Under the pieces are notes generated by a model. That model was not told the origin of the DNA. It saw only the letters and a list, made by a program, of their open reading frames with translations, and searched no databases. A stretch of DNA of 64,000 nucleotides, taken from an uncultured Candidatus Saccharibacteria bacterium. Its GTDB lineage: Bacteria > Patescibacteriota > Saccharimonadia > Saccharimonadales > JAGQNJ01. The stretch spans positions 67,643-131,642 of the forward strand of contig CAZPVO010000003.1 in NCBI GenBank assembly GCA_964590205.1, written 5' to 3'. Shown here one piece after another: positions 56,139-64,000 of this stretch; position 1 is the first letter of the stretch; every line of letters starts with the position of its first letter. Both the position numbers and the translations under genes were made by a program.

Positions 56139-58097
56139 ATGAAACCTTATAATACAGGTATGTACTTCTATGATATTTGGGTAGGGTCAGCCAAAGTTCA
56201 CGCCAGTGAACCTCTGACATATAGTTGTTCCGAACAGTTAAAAGTTGGCGAAGTTGTGCGTGTGCCTGTGAGGCAGAACTTCGCTATGGGATATGTTGTA
56301 GCAGAAGTCACTCCCCTTACTAATATAGTTGATCGTATTAAATCCATAGCCGGGCATAGCGATATTGTTGTACCTCACGCAACAATAGGTTTACACGACT
56401 GGCTACAAACTTATTATCCGGCAGCAAGTGGACTCATAAACAGTCTGTTCTTGCCACCAAGCCTACCACTAGAACGTACTAAGGAAGAAAAGGCTACCCC
56501 GGATAAAATTGCTCCGCTACCTTCACTAACAGATGACCAAAAGAAAGCTCTGATGGTAATAAAAGATTCAAGAGCTCGTTCTATATTGCTCCATGGTGCG
56601 ACAGGAACTGGCAAAACTAGAGTGTACATTGAGCTCGCACGGCAAGCCGTCGCTCAAAATAAATCTGTCGTTATTCTTACACCCGAAATCGGATTGACGC
56701 CCCAAATGGCTGATAATTTTTCGAAAGTCTTTCCTGAACAAGTAATTGTAATGCATTCAAATCTGAGCAGTTCTCGGCTGAGAGACAATTGGTATAAGAT
56801 TGCGAATGCCCCTAAGCCACTTATCGTTATTGGCCCTCGTTCTGCTTTATTTGCCCCACTAAAAGAAATTGGTCTTGTTGTTGTTGATGAAGCGCACGAA
56901 CCTGCCTATAAGCAGGAACAGGCGCCTTACTATCAAGCGACAAGAGTTGCCTCTCAACTAGCCCGCATTCACGGTGCCCTATGTATTTTTGGCACGGCAA
57001 CACCGTCAGTTGGCGATTATTTTGTATTTAGCGAGAAGAAACTGCCAATAATAAACCTTAACCAACCAGCTACTGGTAAAATTATTCCGCCAACAATTAC
57101 GATTTCCGACCTCAAAGATCCGTCCCAGCGTAATGAGTCATCGATCGTCTCGCGGGTGTTGCTTGAATCAATTAAAAACCATACACAGCAGGGCCAACAG
57201 GCACTGCTGTTTCTAAATCGTCGGGGCAGCGCTCGAGTGGTACTCTGTCAAAACTGTGGTTGGCAAGCCATTTGCCCTAATTGCGATATTCCAATGACAT
57301 ACCACGGTGATCAGTATCTACTGCGCTGTCACACCTGTGGTATTACTGAACCTATTAAAACTGCCTGCCCGGTTTGCGCCAGCAGCGATATTTTATACCA
57401 AACCCCTGGTACTAAATCGCTCGAAGCAGAAGCTCGAAGACTTTTCCCAGAATTAAAAGTTCAACGGTTTGATAGTGATAATGTAGCGAGCGAAAAATTG
57501 GAACGTCATTTTGACGCGCTTGTCAGTGGTGAAATTGATATTATTATTGGCACTCAACTAGTCACCAAAGGTTTGGACTTACCTAAGTTAGGGGTCGTCG
57601 GTATTATTAACGCTGATACTGGGCTAAACTTTCCCGACTTTACAAGCGAGGAACGTACTTATCAGCAGCTGAGTCAGGTTATCGGCCGGGTTGGCCGACA
57701 TCAGCTTGAGAGCAGCATTGTGATTCAAACTTACAATCCAGATAATCCTTTATTCAAGTTGGTCACAAGCCGTGATTGGCAAGCTTTTTACAAAAGTCAG
57801 CTGCAAACACGTCAGCAATTTGGTTTTCCACCTTACAGTTACCTATTGCAATTGACCATCGCACGCGCCACAGCTGTTTCTGCACGAACTGCTGGACAAA
57901 ATCTTACACAAGCAATTCTAAGCCGTCATAAAAGTGTAAAAATTCGTGGGCCAAGCCCAAGGATGCACGAAAAGATTAGGGGCAAATATCACTGGCAAAT
58001 TGTAGTCTCATCTAAACAGCGCAGCCAACTCCTGAATATTATTGAGGAGCTGCCGAGCGGGTGGCAGTACAACATCGATCCAGCCAATCTGATGTAG
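56139..58097 (+). CDS. priA: primosomal protein N' (replication restart helicase PriA)
   Basis: Walker A LLHGATGTGKT, DEAH box (VVVDEAHE) and a Cys-rich zinc-binding region (CQNCGW..CPNC..CHTCG..CPVC). Confidence 0.9.
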   Translation: MKPYNTGMYFYDIWVGSAKVHASEPLTYSCSEQLKVGEVVRVPVRQNFAMGYVVAEVTPLTNIVDRIKSIAGHSDIVVPHATIGLHDWLQTYYPAASGLINSLFLPPSLPLERTKEEKATPDKIAPLPSLTDDQKKALMVIKDSRARSILLHGATGTGKTRVYIELARQAVAQNKSVVILTPEIGLTPQMADNFSKVFPEQVIVMHSNLSSSRLRDNWYKIANAPKPLIVIGPRSALFAPLKEIGLVVVDEAHEPAYKQEQAPYYQATRVASQLARIHGALCIFGTATPSVGDYFVFSEKKLPIINLNQPATGKIIPPTITISDLKDPSQRNESSIVSRVLLESIKNHTQQGQQALLFLNRRGSARVVLCQNCGWQAICPNCDIPMTYHGDQYLLRCHTCGITEPIKTACPVCASSDILYQTPGTKSLEAEARRLFPELKVQRFDSDNVASEKLERHFDALVSGEIDIIIGTQLVTKGLDLPKLGVVGIINADTGLNFPDFTSEERTYQQLSQVIGRVGRHQLESSIVIQTYNPDNPLFKLVTSRDWQAFYKSQLQTRQQFGFPPYSYLLQLTIARATAVSARTAGQNLTQAILSRHKSVKIRGPSPRMHEKIRGKYHWQIVVSSKQRSQLLNIIEELPSGWQYNIDPANLM

Positions 58098-58132
58098 CAC
58101 TCACCTAACAGATAGGCTATACTGGAGCGTAA

Positions 58133-58711
58133 ATGTCCGCTACAAAGAAAGATATTGTTACCCTGCCGTACGCCCACTTACGCGAACCATCTCAAAAAGT
58201 TGGGCTTATTACTCCTGAAATTAAGCAAGTCATCAAAGATATGCAATCAGCCACCCTGGACTGGGAGGATAGCCGCGAACACGAAGTTGGGGTTGCTCTG
58301 GCGGCAATTCAGATTGATAAAAAACTGCGTATTGTCATTATCCGTGAGAATATCGACGACAAAGACAATCGCAACTTCATGGTGTTCATTAACCCTGAGG
58401 TCGTAAAACTTGAAGGTGAAATAGTTGAGGATTATGAAGGCTGTTTAAGTATCAAAGATATCTACGGCAAAGTGCCCCGCTACAATAAGGTCAAAGTTAA
58501 AGCGATTGGCCTCAACGGCAAAGAGTTTCGCATTACCGCTGAAGGCTTTTTAGCCCGCGTTTTTCAGCATGAGATTGATCATACCAAAGGAAAAGTTTTC
58601 ATTGATTACATCAAAGATGATCCCAAAGCATTTTATAGATTAAAATCAGATGGTAAGTTAGAGTCACTCGATTATGAAAAAGACATCCGAAACAGTCGTA
58701 TTCTTTGGTAG
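58133..58711 (+). CDS. def: peptide deformylase
   Basis: Motifs EGCLS and QHEIDH. Confidence 0.9.
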   Translation: MSATKKDIVTLPYAHLREPSQKVGLITPEIKQVIKDMQSATLDWEDSREHEVGVALAAIQIDKKLRIVIIRENIDDKDNRNFMVFINPEVVKLEGEIVEDYEGCLSIKDIYGKVPRYNKVKVKAIGLNGKEFRITAEGFLARVFQHEIDHTKGKVFIDYIKDDPKAFYRLKSDGKLESLDYEKDIRNSRILW

Positions 58712-59564
58712 CGGGCCGGTTGCTGCCGCCTCACTAAAATCGCTTAATGAGCATTTTATTGTGGAAGCAATCGTGACGAAGCCCATTACCGAGCAGGAGA
58801 TGAGCCAAGCTGCTCCTGGCGTGCCAATTCAGACCGTTTCATCAAAGGGTCAGCTCAGCGAACTTATCGCCAGCAATCCATTTAAAAGCCGCGTCGGTAT
58901 TATTGTTGATTTTGGCATAATCGTCGAGCAGTCCGTTATAGATTACTTTCCACTTGGCATTGTAAACTCACACTTTTCGCTGCTGCCTAAGTGGCGTGGC
59001 GCCGATCCAATTACTTTTTCAGTGCTCTCAGGACAGCAAGAAACTGGCGTTAGCCTCATGTTAATTGTCGAGAAGCTCGATGAAGGACCTCTGTTGGCTC
59101 AAAGTAAACTTAAACTTGAACCGGACGTCACAACTCCTGAGCTTACAGATCAGCTTGTAGACCTTAGCAACCACATGCTCGAAGCTGTTTTGCCAGTTTA
59201 CCTAGAAGGAAACTTGGTTCTTTGTGAACAGGACGAAACTGCTCAGCCGACCTATTCGCGCAAACTAACTAAAGAAGATGGTCAACTTGATTGGCAAAAG
59301 CCCGCCGAGCAGCTGGAACGAGAAGTCAGAGCATTCATTGGCTGGCCAAGTAGTAAAACTACGCTAGCCGGTAAAGAAGTTACAATTACTGAAGCACATG
59401 TTGAATCTGGTTCAGGGCAACCAGGTAAGGCGTCACTTGATAACAAACAACTGGCCGTATTTTGCGCTAGCGATAAGCTCATCATCGACAAACTCAAGCC
59501 TGCCGGCAAAAAAGAAATGACCGGCTGGGAATTCGTCGCCGGTCATAAAGATAAACTTATCTAA
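58674..59564 (+). CDS. fmt: methionyl-tRNA formyltransferase
   Basis: N-terminal VVFFGSGPVAA and the SLLP motif (NSHFSLLPKWRGADPI). Overlaps the 3' end of def. Confidence 0.9.
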   Translation: MKKTSETVVFFGSGPVAAASLKSLNEHFIVEAIVTKPITEQEMSQAAPGVPIQTVSSKGQLSELIASNPFKSRVGIIVDFGIIVEQSVIDYFPLGIVNSHFSLLPKWRGADPITFSVLSGQQETGVSLMLIVEKLDEGPLLAQSKLKLEPDVTTPELTDQLVDLSNHMLEAVLPVYLEGNLVLCEQDETAQPTYSRKLTKEDGQLDWQKPAEQLEREVRAFIGWPSSKTTLAGKEVTITEAHVESGSGQPGKASLDNKQLAVFCASDKLIIDKLKPAGKKEMTGWEFVAGHKDKLI

Positions 59565-59565
59565 T

Positions 59566-59919
59566 TTACTGTTGGGGTGGTTGTTGAACAGAGGCCAAAA
59601 TTTGTGAGGCGCTACCTTTAATTTCAGCTTTTAGCTTCTCAAGTTCGTCCGCAACAACTTGTTTGTAGTCTGGGAAATTACTCTCAAGCCATGTAAGCGC
59701 ATCTTTCTCTTTTTGAGCTCGTGCTTCTTCGGTGTCAGTCTCTGTTGGCATAAGTTTTTCGAAATCATCCAGCTGCTGATCTGACATTTGTGAAGCTAAT
59801 TGCATGCCTACGCGCATTTCTAATGTTTCGTAAATGTGCTGCAGCATTCGGTTCTTTTCTTGAGGTGGCAAAGAACCAAGTCCGAGTTCTTCCAGTAGAT
59901 TGTTGTCCAGCTTAAACAT
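59566..59919 (-). CDS. hypothetical acidic protein (117 aa)
   Basis: No recognisable motif. Predicted helical. Confidence 0.35.
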   Translation of the reverse strand: MFKLDNNLLEELGLGSLPPQEKNRMLQHIYETLEMRVGMQLASQMSDQQLDDFEKLMPTETDTEEARAQKEKDALTWLESNFPDYKQVVADELEKLKAEIKGSASQILASVQQPPQQ

Positions 59920-59968
59920 GTGTTTTCCTTTCTGTATGCCTCTATTCTATCATCTCGTGCTTATTTCG

Positions 59969-61618
59969 CTAGAGCAAAGCCCACAGGGCTATGCCAAGCA
60001 ATACAGCGGCAGCTCCAACAGCTCCCGTGTACATAGCACGCTTGTAAGTATGTGAAGTCTTGTCTTTCAATTCGGCTTCTTTGGTTAACTCAGCCGTTGT
60101 TTTTACATATTGTCCGTTGATAGCGTGTTGAGTGGTCGCATCCTTGGCAAATAAGTCTTGTGCAGAGATTGGCGCACTAAGACCACTGCTAAGACTTCCT
60201 GGCATCTGTAGATCGTTGTCTTTAATTTCATGTTGGAGCTCGTACTGCTTTTCTTGAGCAGCTTTATGCTCAGCGTTCCACTCTGTTTGATTCAGAAGTG
60301 GCTCAGTCTCGGGGGCTTTTTCACCAACTTGTGCTCTCATCATCTCCCGTGCATCCAAATACGAGGAGTTTGATCTCTCTGAAAGATTCGGAATGGTGGC
60401 AGCTTTGGCCTCTAATTCAACTTCACGGTTTGTTCTATTTTGAGCAGCAATAATGTCGCCGATCGATTCAACTTTTTCAGTTTGTTTAGTTGCCTGCTGC
60501 TCCGTATCGTTGCCCTGTTCTGCGGTTGCCATTTTTTTCTCTTCTTGTTCCGGCTTGATTGGCATTTGTTCGCCTGTTTCACGCTTAACTAGTTCTGTCT
60601 CAACAGGTTTTGCATTATCCTGGTTCGTTTCGGCTAATTTTTCACTCTGTAGCTTTTCTTTTTCTTGAGCAACTTTAGCTGCTTGTTCAGCACCTGCCGC
60701 GAAGGCAGCATCTTGGGCGCCTTTGATTTCAGCTAGCTGGCGGTTAAATTCAACTTGTTGTTGGGCTTGCTGCTCAGATAACTCTTTATCGGCTGCTTCA
60801 CGTGCGTTTTGCTCCGCTCCGACTTCACGGCGAGCTTGGCGGGCTTTATGAGCCCCGTACAAGCCGGCAACAGCCCCTACCACACCGAGAGCGTTACCAG
60901 TTCTGTTAGCGGCTGCTGCACCGGTTGCTGCTTCTACTGGTGGTACTACTACGGGTACTACTGGCGCCCCAGGTACGGTTCCCCTAGTTGACGCTGCTCG
61001 AGCTGGAACTTCTTCTTCGTCTTCTGGCTCAGGTTCAGCCTCAGCAGCTACTTCAGGAGCGGCTTCCTCTAATGGTGGAAGCTCCGACTCAAGTTCATCA
61101 GGTTCTTCTGCTGATATTGGCTCAGTCTCAACACCCGGTTCTTCTGCGGCTACCGGCGTTTCTACGGCTGCAACTGGCAATACTGGTAATGCCGGGACTG
61201 CTTCGGGCACCGGCTCTTCCGCTTCAGCCGATTCTTCCTCTGATACTGCCGCCACAGGAACTTCAGGTGTCACCAATTCCTCCTCTTCCTCGACTTCATC
61301 AAGTGCAGGTTCTTCAGTTTCAGCTGTTTCGGGTGATTCTTCGTCTTCTGGCTCAGCTTCTTCGTCTTCTGCTTCATCTGGCTCTGTTTCAAAGAGTGAG
61401 GCAAGGTTTTCGCCTAAATCTTTTGGTTCATCTTCTTCATCACTATCTTTAGATTCACCACCGGTATGTTTTTGGATAAGTTCAAAAAGGCTAAGGGGTT
61501 TGTCCTTTTCGTCGTCTTGATTGGCTTTAACTTCCTCAGGCGTATCATTAGATTCAGCCTTGAAGTCACTGCCATCGGGTTTCCCAAATTCTTTGTCCAT
61601 ATTAAACCTACTATACAA
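59969..61618 (-). CDS. highly acidic Glu/Pro/Ala/Val-rich low-complexity protein with C-terminal TM anchor (hypothetical)
   Basis: 549 aa. About 200 aa are E/P/A/V-rich repeats, followed by an A/Q/K-rich coiled-coil-like region and a C-terminal TM helix (MYTGAVGAAAVLLGIALWALL). The start codon is ambiguous. Confidence 0.5.
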   Translation of the reverse strand: MYSRFNMDKEFGKPDGSDFKAESNDTPEEVKANQDDEKDKPLSLFELIQKHTGGESKDSDEEDEPKDLGENLASLFETEPDEAEDEEAEPEDEESPETAETEEPALDEVEEEEELVTPEVPVAAVSEEESAEAEEPVPEAVPALPVLPVAAVETPVAAEEPGVETEPISAEEPDELESELPPLEEAAPEVAAEAEPEPEDEEEVPARAASTRGTVPGAPVVPVVVPPVEAATGAAAANRTGNALGVVGAVAGLYGAHKARQARREVGAEQNAREAADKELSEQQAQQQVEFNRQLAEIKGAQDAAFAAGAEQAAKVAQEKEKLQSEKLAETNQDNAKPVETELVKRETGEQMPIKPEQEEKKMATAEQGNDTEQQATKQTEKVESIGDIIAAQNRTNREVELEAKAATIPNLSERSNSSYLDAREMMRAQVGEKAPETEPLLNQTEWNAEHKAAQEKQYELQHEIKDNDLQMPGSLSSGLSAPISAQDLFAKDATTQHAINGQYVKTTAELTKEAELKDKTSHTYKRAMYTGAVGAAAVLLGIALWALL

Positions 61619-61621
61619 GAT

Positions 61622-63388
61622 TTAAAGAGTTCTCGCAACAACCTCTCTTGAGAAGAGATCTAATCGATCGCCTTCTTGCAGCTCTAATTTGCTCTCCGTC
61701 TTCAGCTGAACACCGCACATTTCACCCTCAACCACCTCTTTTGTCTCTTGTGGCCCACGCTTCAGTCCTTCTACCTCAAAGATACCTAACTCCTGATCAC
61801 CCCTGGTTACACGAGCGAGTGAAGGCACACTCAGTTTACCTTTGGTTACTTCGCCACCACAGATTACCTCTGTTTTCGTTGTTTTGAAAACACCTTTCAC
61901 AATCAGTCGGCCCAGATCAGTCTCGACCACCTCTGGACTTAACATAGTGCTTAGCTCTTGTTTAGCATCATCAATCAATTCATAAATAACTTTATAGAGA
62001 CGAACGGGCACTTTGTCTCTTGAGGCCAGTTGCTTAACGTTTTGAGGCATGCTGACATTAAAGCCATAAATAATTGCTTTACCGCTGTGCGCCATATGAA
62101 GATCGTTGGCATTCACATCGCCTACCCCTGTACCAATTACTCGAATAGCTACTTCTTCGTTATCAAGAGTTTTGAGGCTATCAATAACAGAGGTTAATGA
62201 GCCTTGGACATCGGCCTTTACGATAACTGGCAGTTCTTGGAGTTGCATGTTGCGGTTAATCATATGCATTAGCTGGCTAGAGGTGTTAATGTCCAGTTTG
62301 CCGGCTCCGCCTTGAGCTGATTTAGCTTTGCCCTCGGCTGCTGCACGTGCAGCTTTATCGGATACGGCAACAGAGAACGTATCACCAAATTCAGGGAGCT
62401 CCCGAAAGCCGCTAATAATAACCGGGGTGGACGGAGTAGCTTCTTTGATAGGATTTCCACCTGTTGCCTCCAGATTCTTTACCTTTCCATAGGTGCTACC
62501 AGCAACAATAAAATCACCTGCTCTCAACGTACCATTCTCAACAAGTGCGATAGCTACAGGACCACGGCCTGTCTCCATATGCGATTCAATAACCAATCCT
62601 GTCGCTGGAACATCAACTTCAGCCTTTAGTTCCTCGATGTCGGCCACGAGTAGCACCATGTCGAGCAGCTGAGGAATACCTTGCCCTGTCTTTGCAGATA
62701 CTGGCACTACCACTGTATCGCCACCCCAGTCTTCAGGCATCAAGTTATTCTCTGATAACTGCTGTTTTAGGCGGTTTTCGTCAGCACCTTCTTTATCGAT
62801 TTTGTTCATGGCGATAATCATCTTAACGCCAGCTTTTTGAGCAAAACGAATAGCTTCAAGTGTTTGTGGTTTTATACCGTCATCAGCGGCAATGACAATA
62901 ATAGCTACATCTGTTAGCTGGGCACCATGTTCGCGCAGAGCAGCAAACGCTTCATGCCCTGGAGTATCTAAAAATGTAATCTTTCGCTTATTGTGCTCTA
63001 CCTGATAGGCAGAGATGTGCTGAGTAATACCACCGGCTTCTTGCTTGGTGACCTCTGAGCTTCGTATAGCGTCCAGAAGCGACGTTTTGCCGTGATCGAC
63101 GTGTCCCATTACCGCGACAACAGGTGGCCGAGAGACATCCTTATCACTCGCCTCACGCTTTACTCGACGCGGAATAACTACTGGCTCTTCAGCTTTTTTG
63201 GTTAGCTCTACCTCGAGACCCAGTTCACCAACAATGATTTCAGCCGTATCGAAGTCAATACGCTCATTAACGGTGACCATCACACCATTCTTAAAGAGCT
63301 CGCTGATCAGCTTGCTAACAGGGATCATCAGTTTCTCGGCAAGCGCACCGACGGTAATCATGTCATCTATTTCTATTGTTTGTGCCAT
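61622..63388 (-). CDS. infB: translation initiation factor IF-2 (short form)
   Basis: G1 motif [17 protein letters not shown] and NKID. 588 aa. Confidence 0.95.
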   Translation of the reverse strand: MAQTIEIDDMITVGALAEKLMIPVSKLISELFKNGVMVTVNERIDFDTAEIIVGELGLEVELTKKAEEPVVIPRRVKREASDKDVSRPPVVAVMGHVDHGKTSLLDAIRSSEVTKQEAGGITQHISAYQVEHNKRKITFLDTPGHEAFAALREHGAQLTDVAIIVIAADDGIKPQTLEAIRFAQKAGVKMIIAMNKIDKEGADENRLKQQLSENNLMPEDWGGDTVVVPVSAKTGQGIPQLLDMVLLVADIEELKAEVDVPATGLVIESHMETGRGPVAIALVENGTLRAGDFIVAGSTYGKVKNLEATGGNPIKEATPSTPVIISGFRELPEFGDTFSVAVSDKAARAAAEGKAKSAQGGAGKLDINTSSQLMHMINRNMQLQELPVIVKADVQGSLTSVIDSLKTLDNEEVAIRVIGTGVGDVNANDLHMAHSGKAIIYGFNVSMPQNVKQLASRDKVPVRLYKVIYELIDDAKQELSTMLSPEVVETDLGRLIVKGVFKTTKTEVICGGEVTKGKLSVPSLARVTRGDQELGIFEVEGLKRGPQETKEVVEGEMCGVQLKTESKLELQEGDRLDLFSREVVARTL

Positions 63389-63441
63389 TTCTTGCCTCCT
63401 TTCCCTGTTAACTCAAACTACATAGCTCGTCCGAAAAAGAG

Positions 63442-64000
63442 TTACTTCTTCTTGTCCTTTAGACTTAAGGCGATCTTGCGACCCTCAAGGTCAATATCGA
63501 GAACTGTAAATTTCTTCTTTTCGTTCAATTGGAAGATCTTCTCTGGATCGATGCTTTCATCGTCACCCATCTCTGATACATGAACTAAAGCTTCAACTGC
63601 GGGCGAAAGTTGCACGAACGCCCCAAACGGTGTAATTCGGGTAATTTTACCCTCAACAGTATCACCCTTCTTGAAGGCTTTCACTTCGTGTAGCCATGGG
63701 TCTTCACTCATCTGTTTAAGGCTGAGGCTCAAACGATCTTTATCGATAGCGATAATCTTGGCTTTAACAGTTTGGCCAACCTTCACGTAATCTTTAGGAT
63801 CTTCAACGCGTTCCCAAGAGATTTCAGAGATGTGGATCAAACCTTCAATGCTATCAACGTTTACAAAAGCACCGAAATCGATAACACCGGTGATAACACC
63901 TTCAACCTCGTCACCAACTTTTAGCTTGGCGAAGCGGTCTTGAAGCTCGTCTTTGAGAGCTTCCTTCTCTGATACGATCAGTTTATTGTCCTTCTTACTG
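63442..64000 (-). CDS. rpsA: ribosomal protein S1-like protein with multiple S1 domains, N-terminus beyond the window end
   Basis: Repeated S1 RNA-binding domains (GVITGVIDFGAFVNVD..GLIHISE; GKITRITPFGAFVQL...ALVHVSEM). The reading frame continues through 63841..64000, and the track ORF start at 63840 is an internal TTG. Confidence 0.7.
   Translation of the reverse strand, partial: SKKDNKLIVSEKEALKDELQDRFAKLKVGDEVEGVITGVIDFGAFVNVDSIEGLIHISEISWERVEDPKDYVKVGQTVKAKIIAIDKDRLSLSLKQMSEDPWLHEVKAFKKGDTVEGKITRITPFGAFVQLSPAVEALVHVSEMGDDESIDPEKIFQLNEKKKFTVLDIDLEGRKIALSLKDKKK

Overview
This 64-kb window is a gene-dense chromosomal segment with about 60 real CDSs, mostly on the minus strand. It uses the standard genetic code; both RF1 and RF2 are present and TGA is used as a stop. 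It is dominated by translation and cell-envelope housekeeping genes: prfB, secA, hpf, serS, rsmE, msrA, class I lysK, greA, proS, rseP, frr, tsf, rpsB, rpmE, prfA-prmC, htrA, an LCP-family gene, lepB, parAB, rplU, ileS, nrdR-nrdJ, ftsA-ftsZ, map, adk, rpsU, priA-def-fmt, infB and rpsA. Many proteins are short forms, for example a 416-aa ProRS, a 199-aa EF-Ts, a 588-aa IF-2 and a SecA with no zinc-finger tail. Together with the class I LysRS, the eukaryote-type IleRS, the B12-dependent RNR and Lys-rich or low-complexity tails, this points by inference only to a small-genome Gram-positive-like lineage such as Saccharibacteria/CPR. No rRNA, tRNA, CRISPR array or transposase is visible. The outstanding feature is a single 10.9-kb gene (31553..42430, minus strand) encoding a 3625-aa surface protein. 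It has an N-terminal membrane anchor, an extremely Gly/Ser/Thr/Asn-rich repetitive ectodomain, and a C-terminal intramolecular-chaperone autoproteolysis domain of the phage tail-fibre/endosialidase (Peptidase S74) type. The ectodomain contains CxxxC repeats, tail-fibre-like beta modules, a CBM4_9-like jelly roll, a 6-blade Kelch propeller and a 7-repeat LVIVD propeller. A 278-aa membrane protein lies immediately upstream. I interpret this as a cell-anchored tail-fibre-like adhesin system. Other notable items are a T-box-like leader upstream of ileS, a split parS-like palindrome upstream of parA, a cluster of Pro-rich membrane proteins around prfB, a Cas4-like nuclease paired with a membrane protein, and loss of pyrH from the conserved rpsB-tsf-pyrH-frr block.
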